Source: a bacterium
GTDB lineage: Bacteria; Bacteroidota; Bacteroidia; NS11-12g; UBA955
DNA length: 64,000 nucleotides
Direction: 5' to 3'
Assembly (NCBI GenBank): GCA_029945665.1
Contig: JAQSCZ010000094.1
Location: forward strand, 9,336 to 73,335
Position numbers and translations under genes: made by a program. The notes beneath the pieces were generated by a model. It saw only the letters and a program-made list of their open reading frames with translations. It did not search any database and was not told the DNA's origin. Below, one piece after another: positions 19,227 through 28,325 of this stretch (the first letter of the stretch is position 1; every line of letters starts with the position of its first letter).

Positions 19227-19358
19227 TTTGATGATGCGCTATCACACGAAGCTTGTCGAAGTGTAGCGATTTGATAATGCTCTGTCACACTGAGCTTGTC
19301 GAAGTGTAGCGATTTGATGATGCTCCGTCACACTGAGCTTGTCGAAGTGTGGCGATTT
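19225..19358. repeat. 43-bp tandem repeat, 3 full copies plus a partial one
   Basis: Copies at 19225-19267, 19268-19310 and 19311-19353. The consensus is GATTTGATGATGCkCyrTCACACkrAGCTTGTCGAAGTGTrGC. Each unit can fold (CACACT...AGTGTG). The array begins inside the Crp stop codon. Confidence 0.9.
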
Positions 19359-19450
19359 ATTCACTCCAAAAAAGTCTTAACATACATCAAGGAATTGGGG
19401 GTAGCCATTGTTGTAAATTTGCACTCAATAAATCATTAAAAAAAACCAAT

Positions 19451-19999
19451 ATGAGTACTACATCAACAACAACTACCAAATGGTCAGTTGACAGCATGCA
19501 CAGCGAAATCGGATTCAAAGTAAAACACATGATGATCACCAATGTGAATGGATCGTTTGGCACATATACAATTACTTCAGAAACCAATGGAGAAGACTTA
19601 ACCAATGCAAATATCCAATTTACTGCAAAGGTTGATTCAATTAACACAGGTGTTGCTGATAGAGACGCGCACTTAAAATCTGACGATTTCTTTAATGCAG
19701 AAACCTATCCTGAAATCACTTTTAAGAGCACTTCATTAACCAAAGTAGATGGCGAGCAATATGAATTAATTGGCGACCTTACCATCCGTGACATTACAAG
19801 AACCGAAAAATTCAATGTTGAATATTCTGGCTTAGTAGTAGATCCTTATGGTCAAGTTAAAACTGGTTTTGTAGTTGAAGGTAAAATTAAAAGAAGCGAT
19901 TTTAATTTAAAATGGAGCGCAATTACCGAAGCTGGAAGTATTGTTGTTAGCGACGATATTAAAATCCATGCAGAAGTTCAAATGATCAAACATGCTTAA
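19451..19999 (+). CDS. YceI family polyisoprenoid-binding protein
   Basis: KWSVDSMHSEIGFKVKHMMITNVNGSF signature. I moved the start to ATG 19451, because the track ORF start at 19349 lies inside the tandem repeat. Confidence 0.88.
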   Translation: MSTTSTTTTKWSVDSMHSEIGFKVKHMMITNVNGSFGTYTITSETNGEDLTNANIQFTAKVDSINTGVADRDAHLKSDDFFNAETYPEITFKSTSLTKVDGEQYELIGDLTIRDITRTEKFNVEYSGLVVDPYGQVKTGFVVEGKIKRSDFNLKWSAITEAGSIVVSDDIKIHAEVQMIKHA

Positions 20000-20052
20000 T
20001 TAAGCTTGTTCCTATTCAGAATTTAGACTTGTAATTATTGTTAATTCAGATA

Positions 20053-20084
20053 AATCCGTCAATTCATTTTGGCGGATTTTTTTT
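20053..20084 (+). terminator. Rho-independent terminator after yceI
   Basis: Stem ATCCGTCAA / TTGGCGGAT (one G-U pair) followed by a T8 run. Confidence 0.7.
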
Positions 20085-20352
20085 ATTGTGTCCAAGCAAT
20101 AATGGCTAGCAGCATGAAAATAGCAATGTTTACTATCTGGGATATAAGTACCCATTTTATAAGTTTAAAATCAAATTGATATTTGTAAAAATGAGGATCA
20201 GCGATATATTGATTCAATCGCTTAATAGAAATCACTTTTCCTCCATAAGCATCTAAAACGCCTTTCAAGCCTAAGCGAGTAAGCATAAACAAAAGTGCGA
20301 ACTGACCAACACCAAGCAGAATGGCTATTATATTTAGTGAAATTTGTAGCAC
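20083..20352 (-). CDS. small hypothetical membrane protein
   Basis: 89 aa with two hydrophobic segments and a GTG start; no recognisable motif. Confidence 0.4.
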   Translation of the reverse strand: MLQISLNIIAILLGVGQFALLFMLTRLGLKGVLDAYGGKVISIKRLNQYIADPHFYKYQFDFKLIKWVLISQIVNIAIFMLLAIIAWTQ

Positions 20353-20464
20353 TATTTAGTAACTCAAAAATAGGTATATTTCAGAGATTGTTTTGCCTAA
20401 TAAATCCCTAGCTTTTAATCTCGCTCTATTCTATGTGAATGTATCAGATTAAGTCCAATACATT

Positions 20465-21535
20465 ATGAATCCAAATGATTACCTTTGCATTTGTATTTTG
20501 ACAGATAAAAAAGACATACGCAGCATTCCCATTGCAACACTCATTGAACAGTTTGAGACCGAAGGACAGAAAGCATTTCGCGCCAAACAAGTCCACGAGT
20601 GGCTTTGGAAGAAAGGCGCCCGCTCGTTTGATGAAATGACTAACCTTTCGCTTGAATTTAGGGTGTGGCTAAATGAAAATTACACCTTGCATTTGGTGAG
20701 TATTCACACCACCCAAACAAGCACCGATGGCACCATTAAATTGGCATTAAAACTCCACGACGACGCCATTGTTGAAGGTGTACTCATTCCAACCGAAAAA
20801 AGAATGACCGCTTGTGTGAGTTCACAAGTGGGCTGCAGCCTAAGCTGTAAATTTTGTGCAACTGGTTTTCTAAAACGCATGCGTAATTTAGAAGCTTCGG
20901 AAATTTACGACCAGGTATTACTCATCCATCAGTTAGCGCTTAAAACCTACAACATCCCCCTTACCAACATTGTATTCATGGGCATGGGCGAACCACTTTT
21001 GAATTACAACAATGTATTGAGTAGTATCGAAAAAATTACTTCTCCCGAAGGTTTGGGTATGTCGCCACATCGCATTACGGTTTCTACTGCGGGCATTGCC
21101 AAAATGATTAAGAAATTAGCGGATGATGAAGTGCGTTTTAATTTGGCCCTCTCATTGCATGCCGCTACCAATGAAAAACGAAGTGCCATTATGCCTATTA
21201 ATGACACCAATCCATTGGAAGATTTAACAGAGGCCTTGCAATATTTTTACCGAAAAACACGCAATAAAATCACTTTAGAATATGCGGTAATGAATGACAC
21301 CAACGACAGCGCAGAAGAAGCAGACGAACTTATTAAATTTGCAAAGAAGGTACATTGTAAAGTTAATTTAATCGAATACAACGCCATCGATTTAGCCGAT
21401 TACCAAAGCAGTGACAAAGATAAAATTGCTAAATTTGCCGAACGTGTTGAAGCCAAAGGCATAGTGGTAAACATCCGCAGAAGTAGAGGCAAAGACATTG
21501 ATGCAGCTTGCGGACAATTAGCTAATAAAATATAA
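20465..21535 (+). CDS. rlmN: 23S rRNA (adenine2503-C2)-methyltransferase RlmN (radical SAM)
   Basis: CSLSCKFCATG radical-SAM cluster, FRAKQVHEWLW N-terminal motif and GMGEPL block. Confidence 0.95.
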   Translation: MNPNDYLCICILTDKKDIRSIPIATLIEQFETEGQKAFRAKQVHEWLWKKGARSFDEMTNLSLEFRVWLNENYTLHLVSIHTTQTSTDGTIKLALKLHDDAIVEGVLIPTEKRMTACVSSQVGCSLSCKFCATGFLKRMRNLEASEIYDQVLLIHQLALKTYNIPLTNIVFMGMGEPLLNYNNVLSSIEKITSPEGLGMSPHRITVSTAGIAKMIKKLADDEVRFNLALSLHAATNEKRSAIMPINDTNPLEDLTEALQYFYRKTRNKITLEYAVMNDTNDSAEEADELIKFAKKVHCKVNLIEYNAIDLADYQSSDKDKIAKFAERVEAKGIVVNIRRSRGKDIDAACGQLANKI

Positions 21536-21541
21536 ACAGAA

Positions 21542-21609
21542 GGGTCATGATATATCATGACCCGGACCAATATAAAACACAAACATTACGGTCATGATAT
21601 ATCATGACC
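21542..21609. repeat. two copies of the palindromic element GGTCATGATATATCATGACC between rlmN and era
   Basis: GGGTCATGATATATCATGACCC at 21542-21563 and GGTCATGATATATCATGACC at 21590-21609. The core is the same as at 8153-8172. Confidence 0.85.
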
Positions 21610-21640
21610 CAAACATAAAAATATAAACAACCAAACAACC

Positions 21641-22519
21641 ATGGCCCATAAAGCAGGATTTGTAAACATCATAGGAAAACCCAACGCAGGTAAAAGCACC
21701 CTAAGCAACGCCTTAATAGGCGAGCAATTGAGTATTATTACACCTAAGGCCAGTACCACTCGCCATAGAATTAAAGGCATTATCAATACCGATGAATACC
21801 AGTTGATATTATCGGATACCCCTGGCATTATTGATCCAGCCTATAAGCTACACGATAGCATGATGACTGCCGTAAAGGAAAGCGTAGAAGATGCAGATTT
21901 ATTAATTGTACTAGTTGATGTTACCAATGCCGATTTAACAGAAGACCATTTGGCCCTTATTGCCAAAGCAACCTGCCCTGTCATCTTAATAGTCAACAAG
22001 GTTGACCTTTCTACCCCAGATAAAGTATTAAGCGTGATGAATGACTTGAAAGAAAAAATTAAGCCAGTAGAAGTATTTGCCCTTTCGATTACTTCCGGAT
22101 TAAATACTGAATCATTGATTAAAACCATGGCGGCCTATTTACCTGAGCATGAGGCTTTTTTCCCTAAAGACCAATTGACCGATCGCAATACACGATTTTT
22201 TGTATCGGAAATGATTCGCGAGAAAATCTTTAAACACTACGAACAGGAGATTCCCTATAGCACCGAAGTAATTGTTCACGACTACAAAGAAGAACCCAAT
22301 ATCGATAAAATATACGCCTTTATTATTGTTGAGCGCGACTCACAAAAAGGCATTATCATTGGCAAAAATGGCGAAGGCATTAAGCGCATAGGAACCGAAG
22401 CACGCAAAGACATTGAAGCCTTTGTTCAGAAAAAAGTATTCTTAGATTTAAGAGTAAAAGTAGAAGAAAATTGGCGCAAAGATGACCTTAAACTTAAGCA
22501 CTGGGGTTATATAGATTAA
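21641..22519 (+). CDS. era: GTPase Era
   Basis: G1 GKPNAGKST, G3 DTPG, G4 NKVD and a C-terminal KH domain (IIGKNGEGIKRIG). Confidence 0.95.
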   Translation: MAHKAGFVNIIGKPNAGKSTLSNALIGEQLSIITPKASTTRHRIKGIINTDEYQLILSDTPGIIDPAYKLHDSMMTAVKESVEDADLLIVLVDVTNADLTEDHLALIAKATCPVILIVNKVDLSTPDKVLSVMNDLKEKIKPVEVFALSITSGLNTESLIKTMAAYLPEHEAFFPKDQLTDRNTRFFVSEMIREKIFKHYEQEIPYSTEVIVHDYKEEPNIDKIYAFIIVERDSQKGIIIGKNGEGIKRIGTEARKDIEAFVQKKVFLDLRVKVEENWRKDDLKLKHWGYID

Positions 22520-22997
22520 GCCACAGATTCACAGATTATAATTGTGAAACCAATATTTCACAAACACAAAGACATAAAATTGATTAAGCCACAGATTCAC
22601 AGATTATAATTGTGAAACCAATATTTCACAAAAAAAAAGACATGAAATTGATTAAGCCACAGATTCACAGATTTTAATTGCGAAACCAAAATTTCTCAAA
22701 AATATAGACATAAAAAAGTCTCAAGTTGACTTGATGTTTTTATTTAATTTCATTGCAGATTAATGTTATTTAATCTGCGGTATTTTATTCTTTTAAAATC
22801 AATCTGTGAATCTGTGACTAATATAGATTGAGCCACAAACACACTGATTTTAATTGTGAAACCATTATTTCACAAAAAAAAAGTCGCAAAAAAAACCTCA
22901 ATGCATGTTGATGTTTTTTGTTTTAAATAAGTTGCAGATTAATGTTATTTAATCTGTGGTATTTTCTTCTTTTAAAATTAATCTATGAATCTGTGGC
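22514..22997. repeat. composite repeat region: 68-bp direct repeats plus two ~170-bp MITE-like units with ~18-bp terminal inverted repeats
   Basis: 68-bp units start at 22514, 22582 and 22650. The full units span 22650-22818 and 22826-22997. Their ends are GCCACAGATTCACAGATT and AATCTGTGAATCTGTGAC (or ...GTGGC). Internal hairpins are TTGTGAAA..TTTCACAA and GCAGATTAA..TTAATCTGC. Confidence 0.85.
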
Positions 22998-23014
22998 TAT
23001 AGTTTCTTCATAAA

Positions 23015-23401
23015 TTAATTCAAAGGCGGATACATGATTTTATCTCTTACAATAATGGCTGTTTGAAATTGATCCTTCAACTCGTTGAACAAACCCATGC
23101 ACTCCATTCTGTTCTTAAATAAACCAACATAAACTTTAAAATTAGGCTCTTCCCAAACGACTTCGCTATATTGTCTGTACATAGCGTCATACATAGCTTT
23201 TTGAGATTCTGCTTTGTTGCGATTATCGCCTCTAAAAATCAAAATATGATAGCCATCCATTTTAGCATCTGGATGTTTTCTTGCAGCTGTACGACTCCAT
23301 ATTAGACCATCTAGCCCAACAGGTTTTATAACATTGATAACACCTTGTGATTTTAATTCACAGAAGACCATTAAACTTAATATTAAAAATATTCCTTTCA
23401 T
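23015..23401 (-). CDS. SPOR domain-containing protein
   Basis: Signal peptide, then GYHILIFRGDNRNKAE...FKVYVGLFKNRMEC...AIIVRD, which matches the SPOR repeat pattern. The start is 4 nt downstream of the secA stop. Confidence 0.7.
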   Translation of the reverse strand: MKGIFLILSLMVFCELKSQGVINVIKPVGLDGLIWSRTAARKHPDAKMDGYHILIFRGDNRNKAESQKAMYDAMYRQYSEVVWEEPNFKVYVGLFKNRMECMGLFNELKDQFQTAIIVRDKIMYPPLN

Positions 23402-23404
23402 ATC

Positions 23405-26400
23405 TTATTTTTGTTTTTTAGTGTCGCGTTCCATTTTTCTTCGGTCGGCTCTGCTCATTTTCATCCCATCATCTTCGCCCATTCCACCCAACATTTCTGG
23501 CATACCAGAAGGGGCTGAAAGCTCGTCGTTACGGGTTAATTTCATTTTACTCATATCTGTTCTTTGAAGCTGAGCAGCCTGTCTTACCTTAGTATCTTCT
23601 TCAACGGCAATCTTCGCTTTGAACAACATGGCCAGAATTTTTTCGTTCATTCTAGACACCATGCTTTGGTATAATTTAAAGGACTCGATTTTATAAATCA
23701 ACAAAGGATCTTTTTGCTCGTAAGTAGCATTATTAGCCGATTGTTTTAATTCATCTAATTCTCTTAAATGGTCCTTCCACTCATCATCTAAAGTCTCTAA
23801 ACAAATATTCTTTTCGTATTCCAAATTCAACTGTTGACCTTTTGATTCAACTGCTTTAGATAAATAAATAGGTATACCAAAGTTTTTAATTCCATCTGAA
23901 AAAGGCACCATTACAAACCCTACTTTCGATCCTTCTGATGCATATATTTTACTTAACACTGGCATTGCGGTTTCACGCAATTGCAATTGTCTGTGGTTAT
24001 AGGCTTCTTGCAAAGTATCATATAATTTATCGGCCAAAGGTTCAACCTTACCGTTCTTAAATTCTTCGGCAGTAAATGGAATTTCAACAGCAAACTCTAG
24101 TGCCAATTCTAAGGATAAACCTTCGAAGTCATCGCTCGATTTTGCTAAGCCCACTTTTTCATCGCACCAATCGGAGAGCATGTTTTGTAAATCCAAAGCC
24201 AAGCGATCGCCAAACAACGCATTTTTTCTGCGTTTATATATGACAGTTCTTTGCTTGTTCATGACATCATCATATTCCAACAAACGCTTACGCATTCCAA
24301 AGTTATTTTGCTCTACTTTCTTCTGACTTCTTTCAATGGTTTTACTCATCAGTGAATGTTGTATCACTTCACCTTCTTTGTAACCAAATCGATCCATCAA
24401 TTTAGAAGCTCTATCGCTACCAAACTTACGCATTAAATCATCCTCGAGTGATACAAAGAATAAGGATGACCCAGGATCACCTTGTCTACCTGCACGACCT
24501 CTTAACTGTCTATCTACCCTACGCGAATCGTGACGCTCGGTACCAACAATGGCCAAACCACCAGCTTTTTTTACTGCATCACCAATCTTAATATCTGTAC
24601 CCCTACCCGCCATGTTAGTAGCAATGGTAACAGCACCCGACTGACCAGCCTCTGCAACTACTTCGGCCTCGCGTTGATTTTGTTTCGCATTCAATACATT
24701 GTGTTTGATATTTCTCAACTTTAACATCCTTGAAAGCAACTCCGATATTTCTACCGATGTCGTACCTACAAGAACCGGGCGACCTTCAGCCGTTAATTTA
24801 ACAACTTCTTCTATTACCGCATTATATTTTTCACGTTTGGTTTTGTAAATTTGATCCTCCATGTCATTACGCGCTATGGCACGGTTGGTTGGAATTACCA
24901 CAACATCTAATTTATAAATTTCCCAGAACTCACCAGCCTCTGTCTCCGCTGTACCAGTCATACCCGCCAACTTGTGATACATTCTGAAATAGTTTTGTAA
25001 AGTTATTGTAGCAAAAGTTTGCGTTGCTGCTTCTACTTTTACATTTTCTTTCGCTTCAATCGCTTGGTGCAATCCATCGCTATAACGGCGACCTTCCAAC
25101 ACACGACCCGTTTGCTCGTCTACAATTTTTACTTTACCATCGGCCAAAATATACTCAATGTCCTTTTCAAATAAAGTATAAGCTTTTAACAACTGATTAA
25201 TAGAGTGAATACGCTCTGATTTGATTGAGAAATTGCGCATCAATTCTTCCTTACGCTCTATTTTTTCTTCGGCAGTCATAGTAGACTTTTCGATATCTGC
25301 AATCTCGCTACCCACATCTGGGATAATAAAGAAATCTTTTTCTTCGCCCGACTGTGTAATCATTTCAATACCTTTATCGGTCAATTCGACTTGGTTGTTT
25401 TTCTCATCAATTACAAAATACAATTCTGAATCGGCCTTCGGCATTTCCCGTTGTTGATCCTGCAAATAATAATTTTCAGTTTTTTGTAAAACGGCCTTCA
25501 TGCCTTGCTCACTCAAGAATTTAATAATGGCTTTATTTTTAGGCAAGCCTCTAAAAGCTCTTAACAAAGCCAATCCGCCCATGCCTTCTTTATCGCCAGT
25601 ATTACCTGCTTCAATTAATTTTTTGGCATCATTTAAAAATGTATTAACTGCTTTTTTCTGAGCTTCTACCAATCGCTCTATTCTCGATTTAAGATTAACA
25701 TATTCTTGCACATCACCACGCGGCACAGGCCCCGAAATAATTAAGGGTGTACGGGCATCGTCAATTAACACAGAATCCACTTCATCCACCATCGCAAAAT
25801 GGTGTTTGCGTTGCACCAATTCTTCAGGTGTATGACTCATGTTATCTCTTAAATAATCAAATCCGAATTCGTTATTTGTTCCGTAAATAATATCTGCTGT
25901 ATAGGCCTTTCTGCGCTCATCACTATTGGGACGGTGGTAATCGATACAATCCACAGTTAAACCATGAAATTGAAACAAAGGACCATTCCATTCACAGTCT
26001 CTTCGCGCCAAATAATCATTCACAGTAACAATGTGCACCCCTTTCCCTGCAAGGGCATTCAGGTAGGCCGGCAAGGTTGACACCAATGTTTTACCTTCAC
26101 CAGTACCCATCTCAGCAATTTTACCTTGGTGCAATACCATACCACCAATTAATTGAACATCATAATGTACCATGTTCCATTTTACTAAGCCACCTGCGGC
26201 ATCCCACTCATTGGCGTAATATGCTTTATCACCATTAATGGTTACAAAATCTTTTGATTTTGCCAGCGCTCTATCCATATCGGTGGCTATTACTTCTATT
26301 TTATCATTCTCGCTTAAACGTTTTGCAGTTTGTTTAATAACAGCAAAGGCTTCGGGCAAAATTTCGAGCAATGACTTTTCAAGCACTTGGTCGGATTCCT

Positions 26401-26695
26401 TTTCAAGTCTGTCTATTTCTGCATAAAGTCTATCTTTTTCAAAGACTTCTTCGGTTGGTAATTGGGAAATCTCTGCCTTAATGGCATTTATTTTCTCTTC
26501 TATTTCGCTTAAATCTTCGGCAATCCTCGATTTAAATTCTAGTGTTTTAGCTCTTAACTCGTCATTACTAAGGGTATTATAGGAATTAAAAAATTCATTG
26601 ATTGAAGCAATGGCAGGGCGCATTTGCTGAACGTCTTTTTCGCTCTTGCTGCCACCTAGCAATTTGGTAAAGCTTTTAAGGATACTGTTGATCAT
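23405..26695 (-). CDS. secA: preprotein translocase ATPase SecA
   Basis: 1096 aa with the DEAD-like MVDEVDSVLIDDARTPLIISG block, EMGTGEGKT Walker A and TNMAGRGTDI. Confidence 0.97.
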   Translation of the reverse strand: MINSILKSFTKLLGGSKSEKDVQQMRPAIASINEFFNSYNTLSNDELRAKTLEFKSRIAEDLSEIEEKINAIKAEISQLPTEEVFEKDRLYAEIDRLEKESDQVLEKSLLEILPEAFAVIKQTAKRLSENDKIEVIATDMDRALAKSKDFVTINGDKAYYANEWDAAGGLVKWNMVHYDVQLIGGMVLHQGKIAEMGTGEGKTLVSTLPAYLNALAGKGVHIVTVNDYLARRDCEWNGPLFQFHGLTVDCIDYHRPNSDERRKAYTADIIYGTNNEFGFDYLRDNMSHTPEELVQRKHHFAMVDEVDSVLIDDARTPLIISGPVPRGDVQEYVNLKSRIERLVEAQKKAVNTFLNDAKKLIEAGNTGDKEGMGGLALLRAFRGLPKNKAIIKFLSEQGMKAVLQKTENYYLQDQQREMPKADSELYFVIDEKNNQVELTDKGIEMITQSGEEKDFFIIPDVGSEIADIEKSTMTAEEKIERKEELMRNFSIKSERIHSINQLLKAYTLFEKDIEYILADGKVKIVDEQTGRVLEGRRYSDGLHQAIEAKENVKVEAATQTFATITLQNYFRMYHKLAGMTGTAETEAGEFWEIYKLDVVVIPTNRAIARNDMEDQIYKTKREKYNAVIEEVVKLTAEGRPVLVGTTSVEISELLSRMLKLRNIKHNVLNAKQNQREAEVVAEAGQSGAVTIATNMAGRGTDIKIGDAVKKAGGLAIVGTERHDSRRVDRQLRGRAGRQGDPGSSLFFVSLEDDLMRKFGSDRASKLMDRFGYKEGEVIQHSLMSKTIERSQKKVEQNNFGMRKRLLEYDDVMNKQRTVIYKRRKNALFGDRLALDLQNMLSDWCDEKVGLAKSSDDFEGLSLELALEFAVEIPFTAEEFKNGKVEPLADKLYDTLQEAYNHRQLQLRETAMPVLSKIYASEGSKVGFVMVPFSDGIKNFGIPIYLSKAVESKGQQLNLEYEKNICLETLDDEWKDHLRELDELKQSANNATYEQKDPLLIYKIESFKLYQSMVSRMNEKILAMLFKAKIAVEEDTKVRQAAQLQRTDMSKMKLTRNDELSAPSGMPEMLGGMGEDDGMKMSRADRRKMERDTKKQK

Positions 26696-26951
26696 AAAGG
26701 TACAAAGATATTAATTTAAATGATTTATAGGAGGTGTAAATGCAATGAGTTTGCCAAAAAAATCGAGCAATAGATTTTATGACTAATTGTCAAGATTATT
26801 TTTATGTAAAACTTAGCATTATCGCTCCTGTGTCATTGTTGGTGTTGTTTGCTTCGCTAGAGAATGTTCTTCAACAATCTCCGCCTAAATTCTCGACTTT
26901 GTCAATACTATAAAGGGTTAGTTCTAAACGTGTGGCTTCGCCCATTCTTCT

Positions 26952-26980
26952 CATACTTTTTGCATTGACCAAAAAGTATG
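26952..26980. repeat. 11-bp-stem hairpin
   Basis: CATACTTTTTG-cattgac-CAAAAAGTATG; no flanking T-run on either strand. Confidence 0.6.
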
Positions 26981-27023
26981 CAAAAAGTCTAGTCGCGACA
27001 TGAATTTATTTTTCTTCGAAAAA

Positions 27024-27122
27024 TTTTTTTGAGACTCATTTTTTTTACCACTGAGAGTGATCTCTTTGAGCCCGCTCAAAGAGCTTCTCTCGTGGCACCA
27101 AAAAAAATTTCATCTCAAAAAA
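27024..27122. repeat. ~100-bp imperfect palindrome
   Basis: Matched blocks are TTTTTTGAGA/TCTCAAAAAA, T8/A8, ACTGAGAG/CTCTCGTGG and the core CTCTTTGAGC-cc-GCTCAAAGAG (27062-27083). Confidence 0.6.
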
Positions 27123-27299
27123 CCAATGCCTGTCAACGACAACTACCCCTTCGAAAACCCTATTGGAAAACTTAAACGTTAACGGATTCTAATGTATTTA
27201 TTTTATTAGTCCCAATTAGTCCATTTTTCCTTTTTCTCTCTAATTTAATATCAACTATGAAGGAATTGAACACGAATAACCACCGAGAATATCGGTGCT

Positions 27300-27339
27300 T
27301 ATTAAAACAAAAATATCAGAACCCGCCTGAGGCGGGTTC
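27300..27339 (-). terminator. Rho-independent terminator after the 109-aa gene
   Basis: GC-rich stem GAACCCGCC-tga-GGCGGGTTC (27319-27339). On the minus strand it is followed by TGATATTTTTGTTTT. Confidence 0.65.
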
Positions 27340-27423
27340 AACAAGGAGTTCCCTCAAACCTATGTTGAATTGTAAGTACTTTAAAAATTTGCGCAAAAAG
27401 ATGTTCCCCAAAGTTACCCAACC

Positions 27424-27753
27424 TCATTCCCCCAATTGACTTGCAATATAGGCATCTTCAGGCGCTAAAGTATCTATCATCACATCAACCCAATCATTTT
27501 CTGCTATTGTTTCTGGAGCATTGTAATATCGCACTTGGTATTTTTTATTTTGATATTCATATTCAATTTCAGCATACTTCCCTATTCCAATCACTACCCC
27601 TTTAATTACCTTCCCATTTTTATTAATCCTTGTCATTTCATTTTTGCCATACCATTTCGAAAACAGGGGTCCTAATGTAACAACTGAAGTCAATAATAAA
27701 ACAAAAAGAATGATCTGTATTGTTTCATTGTTTTTAGGTGTAATTTTTTTCAT
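27424..27753 (-). CDS. small N-terminally membrane-anchored hypothetical protein
   Basis: 109 aa with one TM (IQIILFVLLLTSVVTLGPLF) followed by a soluble beta-rich region. It may be DUF3592-like; I cannot confirm this. Confidence 0.45.
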   Translation of the reverse strand: MKKITPKNNETIQIILFVLLLTSVVTLGPLFSKWYGKNEMTRINKNGKVIKGVVIGIGKYAEIEYEYQNKKYQVRYYNAPETIAENDWVDVMIDTLAPEDAYIASQLGE

Positions 27754-27917
27754 TGTAACTTATTCGCAAAATATTTGGCTCTTGCAAAGCATCAGCAAAT
27801 ATAAAATAATTTAATGATCGCAATTTAACAAATGCACAAAAAGTACGCCTTAAAAAAACATACCAATCGGTATGTTTTATAACTCTAATTAAATTTGAAG
27901 AAATATTCTATAAAGTT

Positions 27918-28325
27918 ATGTTAAGAAAAAATTATCCTGGTATTTACAAGTGGGCTTATGCAACGAGAAGAGAGAAGGAACTCATCTCTATTCAAGAGCA
28001 AAATCAGATACCCAAACAAACCAAAAGCAATTGGCGAAAACTATCGTCCGCAGAAATTTATTTATTAGAAGAGGATTTACAAATTAGGCAGCAACTGGAG
28101 GAACTGTATCAAAAACAAGATTTAAGTTGGTATAAAAAGAAACGCTTTTTCAACAAAATGGCCCGTTTAAATTTTCTAATGATAGATTTAATTGGCCACG
28201 ATAAATATTTAAAAATACTAGGGAAAACAAAAAAAGAATTTGTTTCTTTAATTGAGGAATACTCGGAATTTATACCCAAGAAAAAATTACTAATTTGTTT
28301 AAACTCAGTAATAATCGTTATATGA
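27918..28325 (+). CDS. IS orfA (135 aa, putative DNA-binding/accessory protein)
   Basis: Its position and frame relative to the DDE ORF. The sequence itself has no motif I recognise. Confidence 0.5.
   Translation: MLRKNYPGIYKWAYATRREKELISIQEQNQIPKQTKSNWRKLSSAEIYLLEEDLQIRQQLEELYQKQDLSWYKKKRFFNKMARLNFLMIDLIGHDKYLKILGKTKKEFVSLIEEYSEFIPKKKLLICLNSVIIVI

Noticed and set aside
19225-19358. Possible CRISPR array (regular repeats).
   Set aside because: The units are directly contiguous with no unique spacers, and no cas genes are nearby. This is a plain tandem repeat. The same reasoning applies to the 68-bp repeats at 22514-22717.
19349-19450. N-terminal extensions of the track ORFs for yceI (19349), tpiA (17159), mraZ (62034), cyoE (52015), the mutase (46876), the DUF4382-like gene (33637) and the M43 fragment (30011).
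   Set aside because: The extensions run through repeats, operators or neighbouring genes, and they precede obvious native N-termini (signal peptides or conserved first motifs). I used the internal ATGs instead.
26703-26710. A TATCTTTG -7 box for secA on the minus strand.
   Set aside because: It matches TAnnTTTG but ends only 7 nt before the ATG, which would imply an essentially leaderless mRNA. That is too uncertain to call without TSS data.
27257-27439. The 60-aa plus-strand ORF in the secA upstream region.
   Set aside because: It spans two hairpins, one of them the minus-strand terminator. It has no start context or motif and is most likely non-coding.
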